DNA from: a virus
IMG/VR virus record: IMGVR_UViG_3300013901_000002
Strand: one strand, 5' to 3'
DNA: 39,090 bases
Numbering within the stretch: the first letter of the stretch is position 1; the number at the start of each line of letters is the position of its first letter. Below the pieces are notes generated by a model. It was not told the DNA's origin. It made no database searches and worked only from the letters and a program-made list of their open reading frames with translations. The translations under genes and the position numbers were made by a program. Positions 32,621 through 39,090 of the stretch are shown here, piece after piece.

Positions 32621-33034
32621 TTATCCGATCATACCGGGGTCAGGCTCCAGCTCCACGACAACGCGCGGCTCAGCGGAATAGCGCTTGACGACACGGCCGT
32701 CCGTGACCTGCGCGTCGTCGGCGTAAGCGAGGCCGTTGAGCGCGTCGCAGATGATCTTGCCGATGTTGTCCCAGTCCGGCTTCTTTGTCGGCAGGAGCTT
32801 CCCTGCCAGTTTGCGGAGGACAGTCTGGCGGGAATCGCTCTTGTTGCAGGGGTGGTAAGCGTAGATGCGGACGGCAACGGGGCCGTCCAGCATGGCGCAG
32901 CCGCTCTGTGCCCACGCGGTGCGGACGCTCTCCTCGTAGTCGCGGGTCTTCTGCGGCGTGAATGCGTGCCCGGTACGGGTAAAGCGCGGGCGCGCCTTGC
33001 CTTCCGGCGCGCCCAGAATCACGAAACGCTGCAT
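32621..33034 (-). CDS. rusA: RusA-family Holliday junction resolvase
   Basis: The product contains GKARPRFTRTG..., ...KKPDWDNIGKIICDALNGLAYADDAQV. Confidence 0.85.
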   Translation of the reverse strand: MQRFVILGAPEGKARPRFTRTGHAFTPQKTRDYEESVRTAWAQSGCAMLDGPVAVRIYAYHPCNKSDSRQTVLRKLAGKLLPTKKPDWDNIGKIICDALNGLAYADDAQVTDGRVVKRYSAEPRVVVELEPDPGMIG

Positions 33035-33471
33035 CAGAACGGGAATTCTTCGTCGTTGCCGGTCAACAGATCGAGCTGGCCCTGCGGCTTATCCGAGAAA
33101 GAATCGACGAAGTGGCCGGACTCGTAGCCAGCACCCAGATCGGGGAAGTCGGACTTTTTGTCGACAAACCACGTCTGCCGGACGTTGATCTCTGCGGACC
33201 GGCGCTGGCTGCCGTCCTTTGCGGTATAGTGCCTGATCTGCAGGCGGCCGCTCAGGCAGATCAGGCGGCCTTTTTTCCAAAACGCGGCGACGGCCTCGCC
33301 TGCCTTGCCCCATGCGACGCAGTCGATGAAGTCGGCAACTTTTTCCCCGTTAACATCCTTTACGTCGCGATCGCAGGCGATGGTGAACTTGCAGACCTTC
33401 GTGCCGCTGGCGCATTCGATCAGGCGCGGGTCCGCGGCGAGGCGGCCTGTGATACAAATTACGTTGAGCAT
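33034..33471 (-). CDS. ssb: Single-stranded DNA-binding protein
   Basis: The product starts MLNVICITGRLAADP.., has an OB-fold pattern and ends in the acidic tail DEEFPF. The ATG follows GGAGGAAA. Confidence 0.85.
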   Translation of the reverse strand: MLNVICITGRLAADPRLIECASGTKVCKFTIACDRDVKDVNGEKVADFIDCVAWGKAGEAVAAFWKKGRLICLSGRLQIRHYTAKDGSQRRSAEINVRQTWFVDKKSDFPDLGAGYESGHFVDSFSDKPQGQLDLLTGNDEEFPF

Positions 33472-33689
33472 GTGTTTCCTCCTGCGCTTTGTGCGCTTGT
33501 TTTTTCCTTGCCGGGAGCCTCCTGCGCGGCGTCCCACTGCCGCAGGTGACTCCACGAGCAAAAATAGAGTCGCGCGCCGTTCAGTCCCCGGCGCTGGTAG
33601 GCCCATTGTGCCGTTGTGTAACTCGTCTTTCCGCAGACGGGGCAGCGATTCGCCCTAACTTCTGCCGACCCAAGCGGGCGGCCCTTCAT
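33459..33689 (-). CDS. Small zinc-ribbon protein, hypothetical
   Basis: The ATG at 33689 forms an ATGA overlap. The product contains CPVCG...C..SH. Confidence 0.55.
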   Translation of the reverse strand: MKGRPLGSAEVRANRCPVCGKTSYTTAQWAYQRRGLNGARLYFCSWSHLRQWDAAQEAPGKEKTSAQSAGGNTCST

Positions 33690-33886
33690 CGGCGGCCTGC
33701 CTTCCGCTGCTCGTCCCACTGCTCGAGAATGAGCAGGATTTTCCGCTCAACCTCGGGGTTCCTGCGGCCGAGCATGATGGAGTTGACGTAGCTGCGCGAG
33801 TAGTTCAGGGCTTCCGCAAGGTCTGCCTGCGTCTTCCCGAGACGCCGGAGTTTGCACTTGACCACGTCCTCGAAAGCCATCCTCAT
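33686..33886 (-). CDS. Small HTH (XRE-like) protein
   Basis: ATG at 33886 lies 9 nt after GGGAGG. The product contains LGKTQADLAEALNYSRSYVNSIMLG. Confidence 0.6.
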   Translation of the reverse strand: MRMAFEDVVKCKLRRLGKTQADLAEALNYSRSYVNSIMLGRRNPEVERKILLILEQWDEQRKAGRR

Positions 33887-34083
33887 CAAGGTTTGCCTCC
33901 CTTTCTGCCGGGTGTACCGGCCTTCTGCGCGCGGCGATAGATCTCGCAGCGCGGCCAGCTGCCGCAGCAAACGGCCTCATAATGCGCGTCACGCTGCAGG
34001 TCTGACTTTAGCTGTACCGTCCCGCCGTCGCAGTTGATGCGGCGGGGAGACAGGTAACGGAATCGCGGGCACTGGATCAGCAT
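33886..34083 (-). CDS. Cys-rich 65-aa hypothetical protein
   Basis: It has an ATGCTGA overlap with the upstream stop and a TGATG overlap downstream. Confidence 0.45.
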   Translation of the reverse strand: MLIQCPRFRYLSPRRINCDGGTVQLKSDLQRDAHYEAVCCGSWPRCEIYRRAQKAGTPGRKGGKP

Positions 34084-34781
34084 GCGGCATCCTCCTTGAG
34101 CATGGCCTCAATGGCCGCCTGCGCAAGCGGGGAGATGGACGCGCTGTCGTGGGTTTGGTACTGCGCATTCCGGGCGACGGCCTTGTCTGTGGCGCGCCGC
34201 GGCCCCCACTTTTCGCGGGCGGCGCGGCGGACGGTCAGATTCCAGTCCTTCCACTTGTTCTTGTTGTAGGTCGACTGCGCCATTTCGTCGACAAGGCGAA
34301 TCCAGTACGTCGCTTCCGCCTCTCCAAGATCGCGGCAGAGCCGCTCATATTCTGCATCTGTCAGCTTGACCCAGCCATAGGGTGCGCGGGGTTTCTTCGG
34401 CGGCGCAGGGGGGCTTTTCGGCGCAGTGTGAGCCTCTTCTGCGGGTGTGGGTTCCTTCGGCGGTTCGACCTTCAGCGGCTCCTTCTGCGGTGCGGGCTCT
34501 TCCGGGGCCGGTTTCTGCGCGGCTGCTTCCTTCGGGGCTTCCTTCGGGGCTTCCTGCTGCCGCTTTGCGTGCTTTTTCCCTCCGGCTGACATCTTCGCGG
34601 CGATGTCCAGAGACGGCCGCACGAGCATGAACAGGGCAGACGCCATCGGCGACAGGTCGACCGGTTCGACGTCATCCAGAGCATAGGCGCACATTGCCAT
34701 AATGGACTCGACCTGCACGGTCTTCGGCAGGGGAAAGATCGCCTCCCAGAACGTGCGGGAAAACGTAAATTGGTCTCTCAT
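34077..34781 (-). CDS. Replisome-organizer/DnaD-like protein with a PAPxE-rich linker
   Basis: The ATG at 34781 forms an ATGA overlap. The N-terminus FTFSRTFWEAIFPLP.. and the C-terminus VKLTDAEYERLCRDLGE..YNKNKWKDWNLTVRRAAREKW resemble phage DnaD-type proteins. Confidence 0.5.
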   Translation of the reverse strand: MRDQFTFSRTFWEAIFPLPKTVQVESIMAMCAYALDDVEPVDLSPMASALFMLVRPSLDIAAKMSAGGKKHAKRQQEAPKEAPKEAAAQKPAPEEPAPQKEPLKVEPPKEPTPAEEAHTAPKSPPAPPKKPRAPYGWVKLTDAEYERLCRDLGEAEATYWIRLVDEMAQSTYNKNKWKDWNLTVRRAAREKWGPRRATDKAVARNAQYQTHDSASISPLAQAAIEAMLKEDAAC

Positions 34782-35461
34782 TCGGGCTTCTCCTCTTCTT
34801 CGTGGTGCTGATGGAGCAGGATGATCTGCGCGGTCGTGGGTGCGTGCTCCATCAGCCATTGCATGGCGTCCTCGCGGGACATGTGCGTCTCCCGGACGCG
34901 GCGCTCGTGGCTCGCGCTGCCGCGATCCAGTGCGGCCGAAGTGCGGGCCTGCAGGTCGGCGTCGGCGTAGTTGGCTTCGATCAGGTACAGCTCGGCGCGC
35001 GGGGGTTCGACGCCGTACAGGTCTTTGCAGTCCGTGGCGTAAAACACGGTATCACAGCCGACCCGCAGCCAATAGGCGAGGCAGGGGACGTCGTGGGGGA
35101 CTGCGAAAGCGCGGGCGAAGATATCCGGTTCATACGGGACGCTCGGGCCGGACTGGCCGAGCAGGCAGAGCGCGTGGCCGGGGACGGCCGGGAGAACCTG
35201 CGACAAAGGGCAGGCCTCCCGGATCAGAGCTGTGCAATCCTCCGGGCAGATGACGGTCAGGCCGGGGCGGCGCTCTGTGATCGCTTTTAGGGTCGGAAGC
35301 TTCAGGTGGTCGCCGTGCCGGTGCGTGATGAGCACGCACCGCAGGGCAGGGATGTAAGGCTCCAGCTTTTTCAGCGGCACGCCGCAGTCGATCAGCACGC
35401 AGCCGCCAAGCAGGACGGCGTTACCTTTGGAGCCGGTCGCGATGATCTCAGCTTTCAGCAC
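34778..35461 (-). CDS. Metallo-beta-lactamase-fold hydrolase
   Basis: It has a GTG start after AAGGAGGAGG and contains the ITHRHGDH motif. Confidence 0.8.
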   Translation of the reverse strand: MLKAEIIATGSKGNAVLLGGCVLIDCGVPLKKLEPYIPALRCVLITHRHGDHLKLPTLKAITERRPGLTVICPEDCTALIREACPLSQVLPAVPGHALCLLGQSGPSVPYEPDIFARAFAVPHDVPCLAYWLRVGCDTVFYATDCKDLYGVEPPRAELYLIEANYADADLQARTSAALDRGSASHERRVRETHMSREDAMQWLMEHAPTTAQIILLHQHHEEEEKPE

Positions 35462-36191
35462 GGGCGGCGGCCTCCTCCTTCTGCTTCTTCAGCGCGGCCG
35501 TTGCGCAGTCCCAGCAAAGCGGGGCGCCGAAGCTGTTGCGGGCGTTGTGCGCGATCTCGGCGGCTTTGAATCTGCCGTGGTCGCCGATAGGATGGCCGCA
35601 CTGCATGCAGAGCAGACCGGCGTCAGCGGCTGCGGCCTGTTCCTGCGCCGACGGAGCGGCCGCTGCGGCGGATTTTGCAGGCTGTGCTTTGCTCTGCGCG
35701 GCTGCTGGCTTCGCGGCTCTGCGCGGCTCCTGCGGCCTGACGGGCGTGGTATCCACGGGGCTTTCTGCGTCGGGGTCGTCCTGCTCCTCCGTCGGGATGC
35801 TGAACACCTGAAAACAGGCGTACTTGTAGGCGACGGACATGGCCTTATTGCTGCTCTTGTCTGCGTTATCCATGGCCTCGCCGACGACCTCGGCGGAGAC
35901 ATTGGAGCCGTCTTTGGCATAGAACGTGTAGCGCATGCGGAGCAGCGTCAGCGTCATACTGCCGCCGCTGCGGGTCTGGCGCTCCTGCCGCTCCTGCGAC
36001 AGGACTTCCGGCACGACGAACACGCCGTGCTTGACCATGGCGGGCTGGATGGCGTTCATGACGTCATCGACGCCGCGATACATAAAGCCCTGCTGCGTGT
36101 TCTGCCGGGCCTTTGCGACGGCACCGACGTCGTCCATCACGCCGATGATGGCGGCGTAAATGGCGGCGGGCTGTGCGGTTGTCTCACTCAT
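35448..36191 (-). CDS. erf: ERF-family single-strand annealing recombinase with C-terminal zinc ribbon
   Basis: The product contains GFMYRGVDDVMNAIQPAMVKHGV...DKSSNKAMSVAYKYACFQVF and a C-terminal CMQCG...CWDC. Confidence 0.8.
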   Translation of the reverse strand: MSETTAQPAAIYAAIIGVMDDVGAVAKARQNTQQGFMYRGVDDVMNAIQPAMVKHGVFVVPEVLSQERQERQTRSGGSMTLTLLRMRYTFYAKDGSNVSAEVVGEAMDNADKSSNKAMSVAYKYACFQVFSIPTEEQDDPDAESPVDTTPVRPQEPRRAAKPAAAQSKAQPAKSAAAAAPSAQEQAAAADAGLLCMQCGHPIGDHGRFKAAEIAHNARNSFGAPLCWDCATAALKKQKEEAAARAES

Positions 36192-37104
36192 TGCGTAATT
36201 CCTCCCAATCGATATCTAAGCTGGCCGCCTCGTCATGCAGCGCGGCGATGGCTTCCGGCGTGCCGCACAGGGAAACAAAGTGCTCCTCGAGCCACGGCGA
36301 GCCTTCCTCCGGGGCCGGTTCTTCTTCGAACATGTTCCCACCGTCGGAGAATTTCAGCCCCTGCGCAGGCTCCACGACGGCGACAGCGGGCTTCTGCATG
36401 GCCTCTGCGGCAAGCGCTGCAGCGCGGGCCTCGGCCTCCTGCTGCGCCTGCAGGGCCGCGCGCTCCTCGGCCTCCCGGCGGATGCGCTCCGCCTCGATGG
36501 CGGCCTTGCGGGCCTTGACCGTGGCGACGGCGGCGGGAAGGGAATGCGTCAGGTTCCATTCGGCACGGACGGCGTCGGCGTCCTCCATGGCGGCGATGCA
36601 ATCCAGCTCCCCGCGGACGGTGTCGACCTTCTGCTGCACGGCCCGGCGCAGCTTTGTCGGGCTGTCGTTCAGACCGATCTGGACGCCGCAGGTCTCCCAC
36701 GTCAGGGCATCCGGCCCGACGTTCCGGAAGGCGGCATACTCCGTGAAGTACGCGCGGGCGTCCTGCTCCAGCTTGTGTTTCATGCCGTTTTCGACGCGGC
36801 GGATCTTCGCGGCGAGCTGCGCGTCGGCATCCACGAACAGGGAACCGATCTGCTGGCGGTAGATCTGTTCAAACGCCTCGTAGGGCTTCAGGATTTCCTT
36901 CTTGACGGCGATGCGCCGGTCTTCCAGCTCTTTGTATTGCTTGTTCAGGGCGGCACGCATGGCCTTGATATCCTTACGGGTCTCCTCCGTTGCATCCATG
37001 GCCACGGCGGCGGTGGTGCGGGCCAGCACGTCGGCCCGAAGTGCGGCCAGCTGCTCTGCGATCACGGGGAGCTGCTGCACGGTGATCAGTTCTTTCGTTT
37101 CCAT
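36184..37104 (-). CDS. DUF1351-like recombination-module protein
   Basis: ATG at 37104 follows GGAAGGAGGA. The product contains ITVQQLPVIAEQL...KDIKAMRAALNKQYKELEDRRIAVKKEILKPYEAFE, and the gene lies upstream of erf. Confidence 0.65.
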   Translation of the reverse strand: METKELITVQQLPVIAEQLAALRADVLARTTAAVAMDATEETRKDIKAMRAALNKQYKELEDRRIAVKKEILKPYEAFEQIYRQQIGSLFVDADAQLAAKIRRVENGMKHKLEQDARAYFTEYAAFRNVGPDALTWETCGVQIGLNDSPTKLRRAVQQKVDTVRGELDCIAAMEDADAVRAEWNLTHSLPAAVATVKARKAAIEAERIRREAEERAALQAQQEAEARAAALAAEAMQKPAVAVVEPAQGLKFSDGGNMFEEEPAPEEGSPWLEEHFVSLCGTPEAIAALHDEAASLDIDWEELRNE

Positions 37105-37105
37105 G

Positions 37106-37522
37106 TTATGTATCCTCCTTCCGCGGGCTGCCAAGCCATTTGAGCAGGCACTCGCGGCATGTGTTTGCCTCACAGGGATAGCCCTGTCCGTGTAGCACGT
37201 TGCACAGCCCACTTAAAAGCTCATCCGACTCCGCCAGCTCCTCGTCCGTCATGGCCCGGATGCGGTCGCCGTTGGTCATCGGCTCCGGCGCGGCCTCCTG
37301 CGCGGCGAGCAGCTGCGCAAGCTCCACCATAGGTTTGCCGCTCCCTCTGCCGCGCACCACGGCTTTCTGCCCTTCGGCGGCCTTTCCCAGCTCGTCCGCA
37401 GCCGACAGCAGCAGCTCGGCGATGATCTGCGTATCAAATTTGCTTGTGCTGACGCGCAGCGCGGTCCCGTCCAGAGCGGCTGCAGCATCCCGCAGCCGCT
37501 CGATCAGATCCTTAACGTCCAT
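37106..37522 (-). CDS. Hypothetical protein with C-terminal NGDRIRAMTDEELAE...C..C..WL motif
   Basis: ATG at 37522 lies 7 nt after AGGAGG. Confidence 0.6.
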   Translation of the reverse strand: MDVKDLIERLRDAAAALDGTALRVSTSKFDTQIIAELLLSAADELGKAAEGQKAVVRGRGSGKPMVELAQLLAAQEAAPEPMTNGDRIRAMTDEELAESDELLSGLCNVLHGQGYPCEANTCRECLLKWLGSPRKEDT

Positions 37523-38354
37523 TGTCAATCCTCCTTGTCAGTTCCTCCGCGAGCGCGCGGAAGATCGGGTATGCCTGCTGCGGTACGACCGCATTGCCGA
37601 GGGCCCTAATGCGCTCCACCCGGCAGGGAAGCCCATTAACCATTCTGTCCACTCCGGGTTCAGCTGCCCATTGACGTCCGTCCGCAAGCTCCTGTGATTC
37701 CCGCCGCCGTGCGTCCCGGTCGCGTCTCCCCGGCATGGCGTCGCAAACAGGACGCAGCCTCTCAGGTTTTTCCAGTGCAGGTCGTGCTCCGCGCTCCGGC
37801 TCCCCAGTGGCCCAGAGCCCTTGCTGTCCGAGGCCTTCGGCGTCGGGTAGATCGTCGATCCCCACAAAAAAGCATCTTGCCCGCCGGTGCCAAGCTCCGA
37901 CAGCCGCAGCCTCAAATTGCAGCACGACGACGTGATAGCCTGCACGCTCCAGATCCTCGACCACCTGCCGGGCGGCAATCTTGATGATTCAAGGTACGTT
38001 CTCACCGACGACGCAATGCGGCCTAAGCTCCCGGATAACGCGGCACATTTCAGGCCACGGAAACCGCGCGTCTTCCTTTCCTCGCTGCTTTCCGGCCACG
38101 GAAAACGGCTGGCAGGGGAATCCTCCGGATATAACGTCAACTGTTCCCAGTCCGGTACGCTCATAAAAACTCTCCTTTGTCAGGGTACGGATATCCCGCC
38201 AGCGTGGGACGTCCGGCCAGTGCTTCTCCAGCACCGCCGTCGGGTAATCTGCCATTTCGCACTGCCCGACGGTCGTAAACCCGGCCCATTCGGCCGCAAG
38301 ATCAAGCCCGCCGATCCCGGAAAAAACGCTGAGATGAGTCAGCTTCTCATCCAC
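37512..38354 (-). pseudogene. DNA (cytosine-5) methyltransferase, disrupted: one in-frame TGA plus two compensating frameshifts
   Basis: Motifs [14 protein letters not shown] and GENVP are followed by TGA (37989-37991) where the ENVxG glycine is expected. AAAVGAWHRRARCFFVG is in the same frame. YPTPKASDSKG...LNPEWTEWLMGFPAGW is in another frame, and RIRALGNAVVPQ returns to the first frame. Confidence 0.8.
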
Positions 38355-38695
38355 CCCTCAAGCTCCTCCTCTGCGATCTTGTACACCGCCTTGCTCTGGT
38401 ACCGGCAATACTGCATCTCAAGGCTTGCCCCGCGGCTGCGCTCCCAGCCGGGCAAAAACACCACAAGGTCGGCCTTGTTGATCATCGCAAGGCAAACGTC
38501 CATGTAGACCTTGCCCGGCCAGTCCTCCGGCAGCTCCGCCGGGCTGAGTACCTTGTCCGCCCGCGGCGAGCCATAGTACCTCGCCGTGCTGTCCGTCCGT
38601 TCCTGTTCCTCCCGCAGAAGCATCCGCTTTGCAGCCGCAAACCGCGCCTTGTAATCCTTGACGCCGGTGATCCCACCGGCAATGTATACCGTCAT
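38339..38695 (-). CDS. DUF4406-like (nucleoside 2-deoxyribosyltransferase-like fold) protein
   Basis: The ATG at 38695 forms an ATGA overlap after GGAGGTGG. The product contains [12 protein letters not shown]...[30 protein letters not shown]. Confidence 0.7.
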   Translation of the reverse strand: MTVYIAGGITGVKDYKARFAAAKRMLLREEQERTDSTARYYGSPRADKVLSPAELPEDWPGKVYMDVCLAMINKADLVVFLPGWERSRGASLEMQYCRYQSKAVYKIAEEELEGWMRS

Positions 38696-39090
38696 CTTTC
38701 CACCTCCACGAGCTTGCCGCCCTTGCAGGTGTACCATGTGCCCGGCTTGATTGTCTCTCCGTCGACGATTGCGGCCGCGACGCTCAAAATATCGCCGCAG
38801 CCTGCCCGCTCGACAGCGAACAGCGCGCAGCCGAGCGCGCCCATAACCTTGCCAGCAAACCCGCTTGCCAAGGCTGCGCCCCGATAGCCCGTGGCGGAGG
38901 CCGCGCCCCGATAGCCCGTGGCGGAGGCTGCGCCCTGATTGCCCGTGGCGGAGGCCGCGCCCTGCTCGCCCGTGGCGGAGGCTGCGCCCTGATTGCCCGT
39001 GGCGGAGGCCGCGCCCCGATAGCCCGTGGCGGAGGCTGCGCCCTGATTGCCCGTGGCGGAGGCTGCGCCCAGCTCGCCCGTGGCGGAGGC
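38692..39090 (-). CDS. C-terminal part of the wrap-around repeat protein (see 1-452)
   Basis: The repeats continue as GAASATG(NQ/YR/EQ), followed by ..[60 protein letters not shown] and TGA at 38692-38694. Confidence 0.8.
   Translation of the reverse strand, partial: ASATGELGAASATGNQGAASATGYRGAASATGNQGAASATGEQGAASATGNQGAASATGYRGAASATGYRGAALASGFAGKVMGALGCALFAVERAGCGDILSVAAAIVDGETIKPGTWYTCKGGKLVEVER
38871..39090. repeat. 27-bp tandem coding repeat, window-end portion (about 8 units; about 10.5 units in the joined gene)
   Basis: Units were read directly. The variable 6 nt encode NQ, YR, EQ or EL, and the GCG/GCA alanine codon alternates between units. Confidence 0.9.

Larger units (their letters stand above)
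1..39090. mobile_element. Complete temperate phage genome (circularly closed contig) with a podovirus-like virion module and integrase/repressor lysogeny functions
   Basis: terS, terL, portal, scaffold, capsid, fibre, lysis, integrase/attP, repressor switch and recombination genes fill the window. Nt 1-32 equal nt 39059-39090, and a gene split by the ends rejoins in frame. Confidence 0.8.

Noticed and set aside
35427-36518. 363-codon plus-strand ORF, and the 13714-14406 extension of the ORF containing gene 14407-14946.
   Set aside because: The first is antisense to erf/DUF1351 with R/G/A-rich junk composition. The second is an out-of-frame overlap of the fibre gene upstream of the real RBS-preceded ATG at 14407.
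37989-37991. The in-frame TGA in the methyltransferase as evidence for a reassigned genetic code (TGA read as Gly or Trp).
   Set aside because: Many other genes in the window terminate at TGA at the expected lengths and positions, often in ATGA overlaps. No other gene needs TGA read-through, and the same gene also carries two frameshifts.
38871-39090. The regular 27-bp repeats at both window ends could be mistaken for a CRISPR array.
   Set aside because: The units are contiguous with no spacers, the period is a multiple of 3, and they translate in frame into GAASATGxx inside a gene with conserved flanking domains.

Overview
This GC-rich window reads as one complete temperate phage genome. 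I saw no host genes, rRNA, tRNA, CRISPR array or transposase. Nt 1-32 are identical to nt 39059-39090, and a minus-strand gene cut by the window ends rejoins in frame, so the molecule is circular or circularly permuted with a unique length of 39,058 nt. Layout: (i) A minus-strand early operon of more than 20 translationally coupled genes (many ATGA/GTGA start-stop overlaps) starts at a consensus promoter at 4020-4047. It runs down through the window start, wraps to the window end, and stops at a bidirectional terminator near 32600. It encodes small regulators, an HNH nuclease, two Cys4 repeat-protein paralogs, a repeat protein, a DUF4406-like protein, a disrupted C5 methyltransferase, DUF1351, ERF, an MBL hydrolase, a DnaD-like protein, SSB and RusA. 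(ii) A divergent XRE/CI-like repressor lies at 4121-4483, with TGTGAT/ATCACA operators between the two promoters. (iii) An accessory region (4484-7450) holds a candidate sRNA, an LPD-like gene and three tandem diverged cassettes, each with a promoter, a micro-protein gene and an RHH protein gene. (iv) A plus-strand late operon (7637-30749) encodes terS, a 660-nt non-coding gap, scaffold, capsid, portal, fibre/receptor-binding proteins, lysis genes, terL, tail/ejection proteins and a 2338-codon virion protein. (v) attP, a tyrosine integrase, a second HTH gene and a micro-ORF unit occupy 30750-32620. The most unusual items are as follows. A complete promoter-RBS-42-codon ORF-terminator unit is embedded in another frame inside the giant virion gene. 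A polypurine tract plus a phased 11-bp repeat array sits inside the early operon. There is the triplicated promoter/micro-protein/RHH cassette array. The dcm-like gene carries a TGA at a conserved Gly plus two compensating frameshifts. A long hairpin lies in the late-operon leader. All calls come from reading the sequence and ORF translations, and family names are recalled from memory, not searched.
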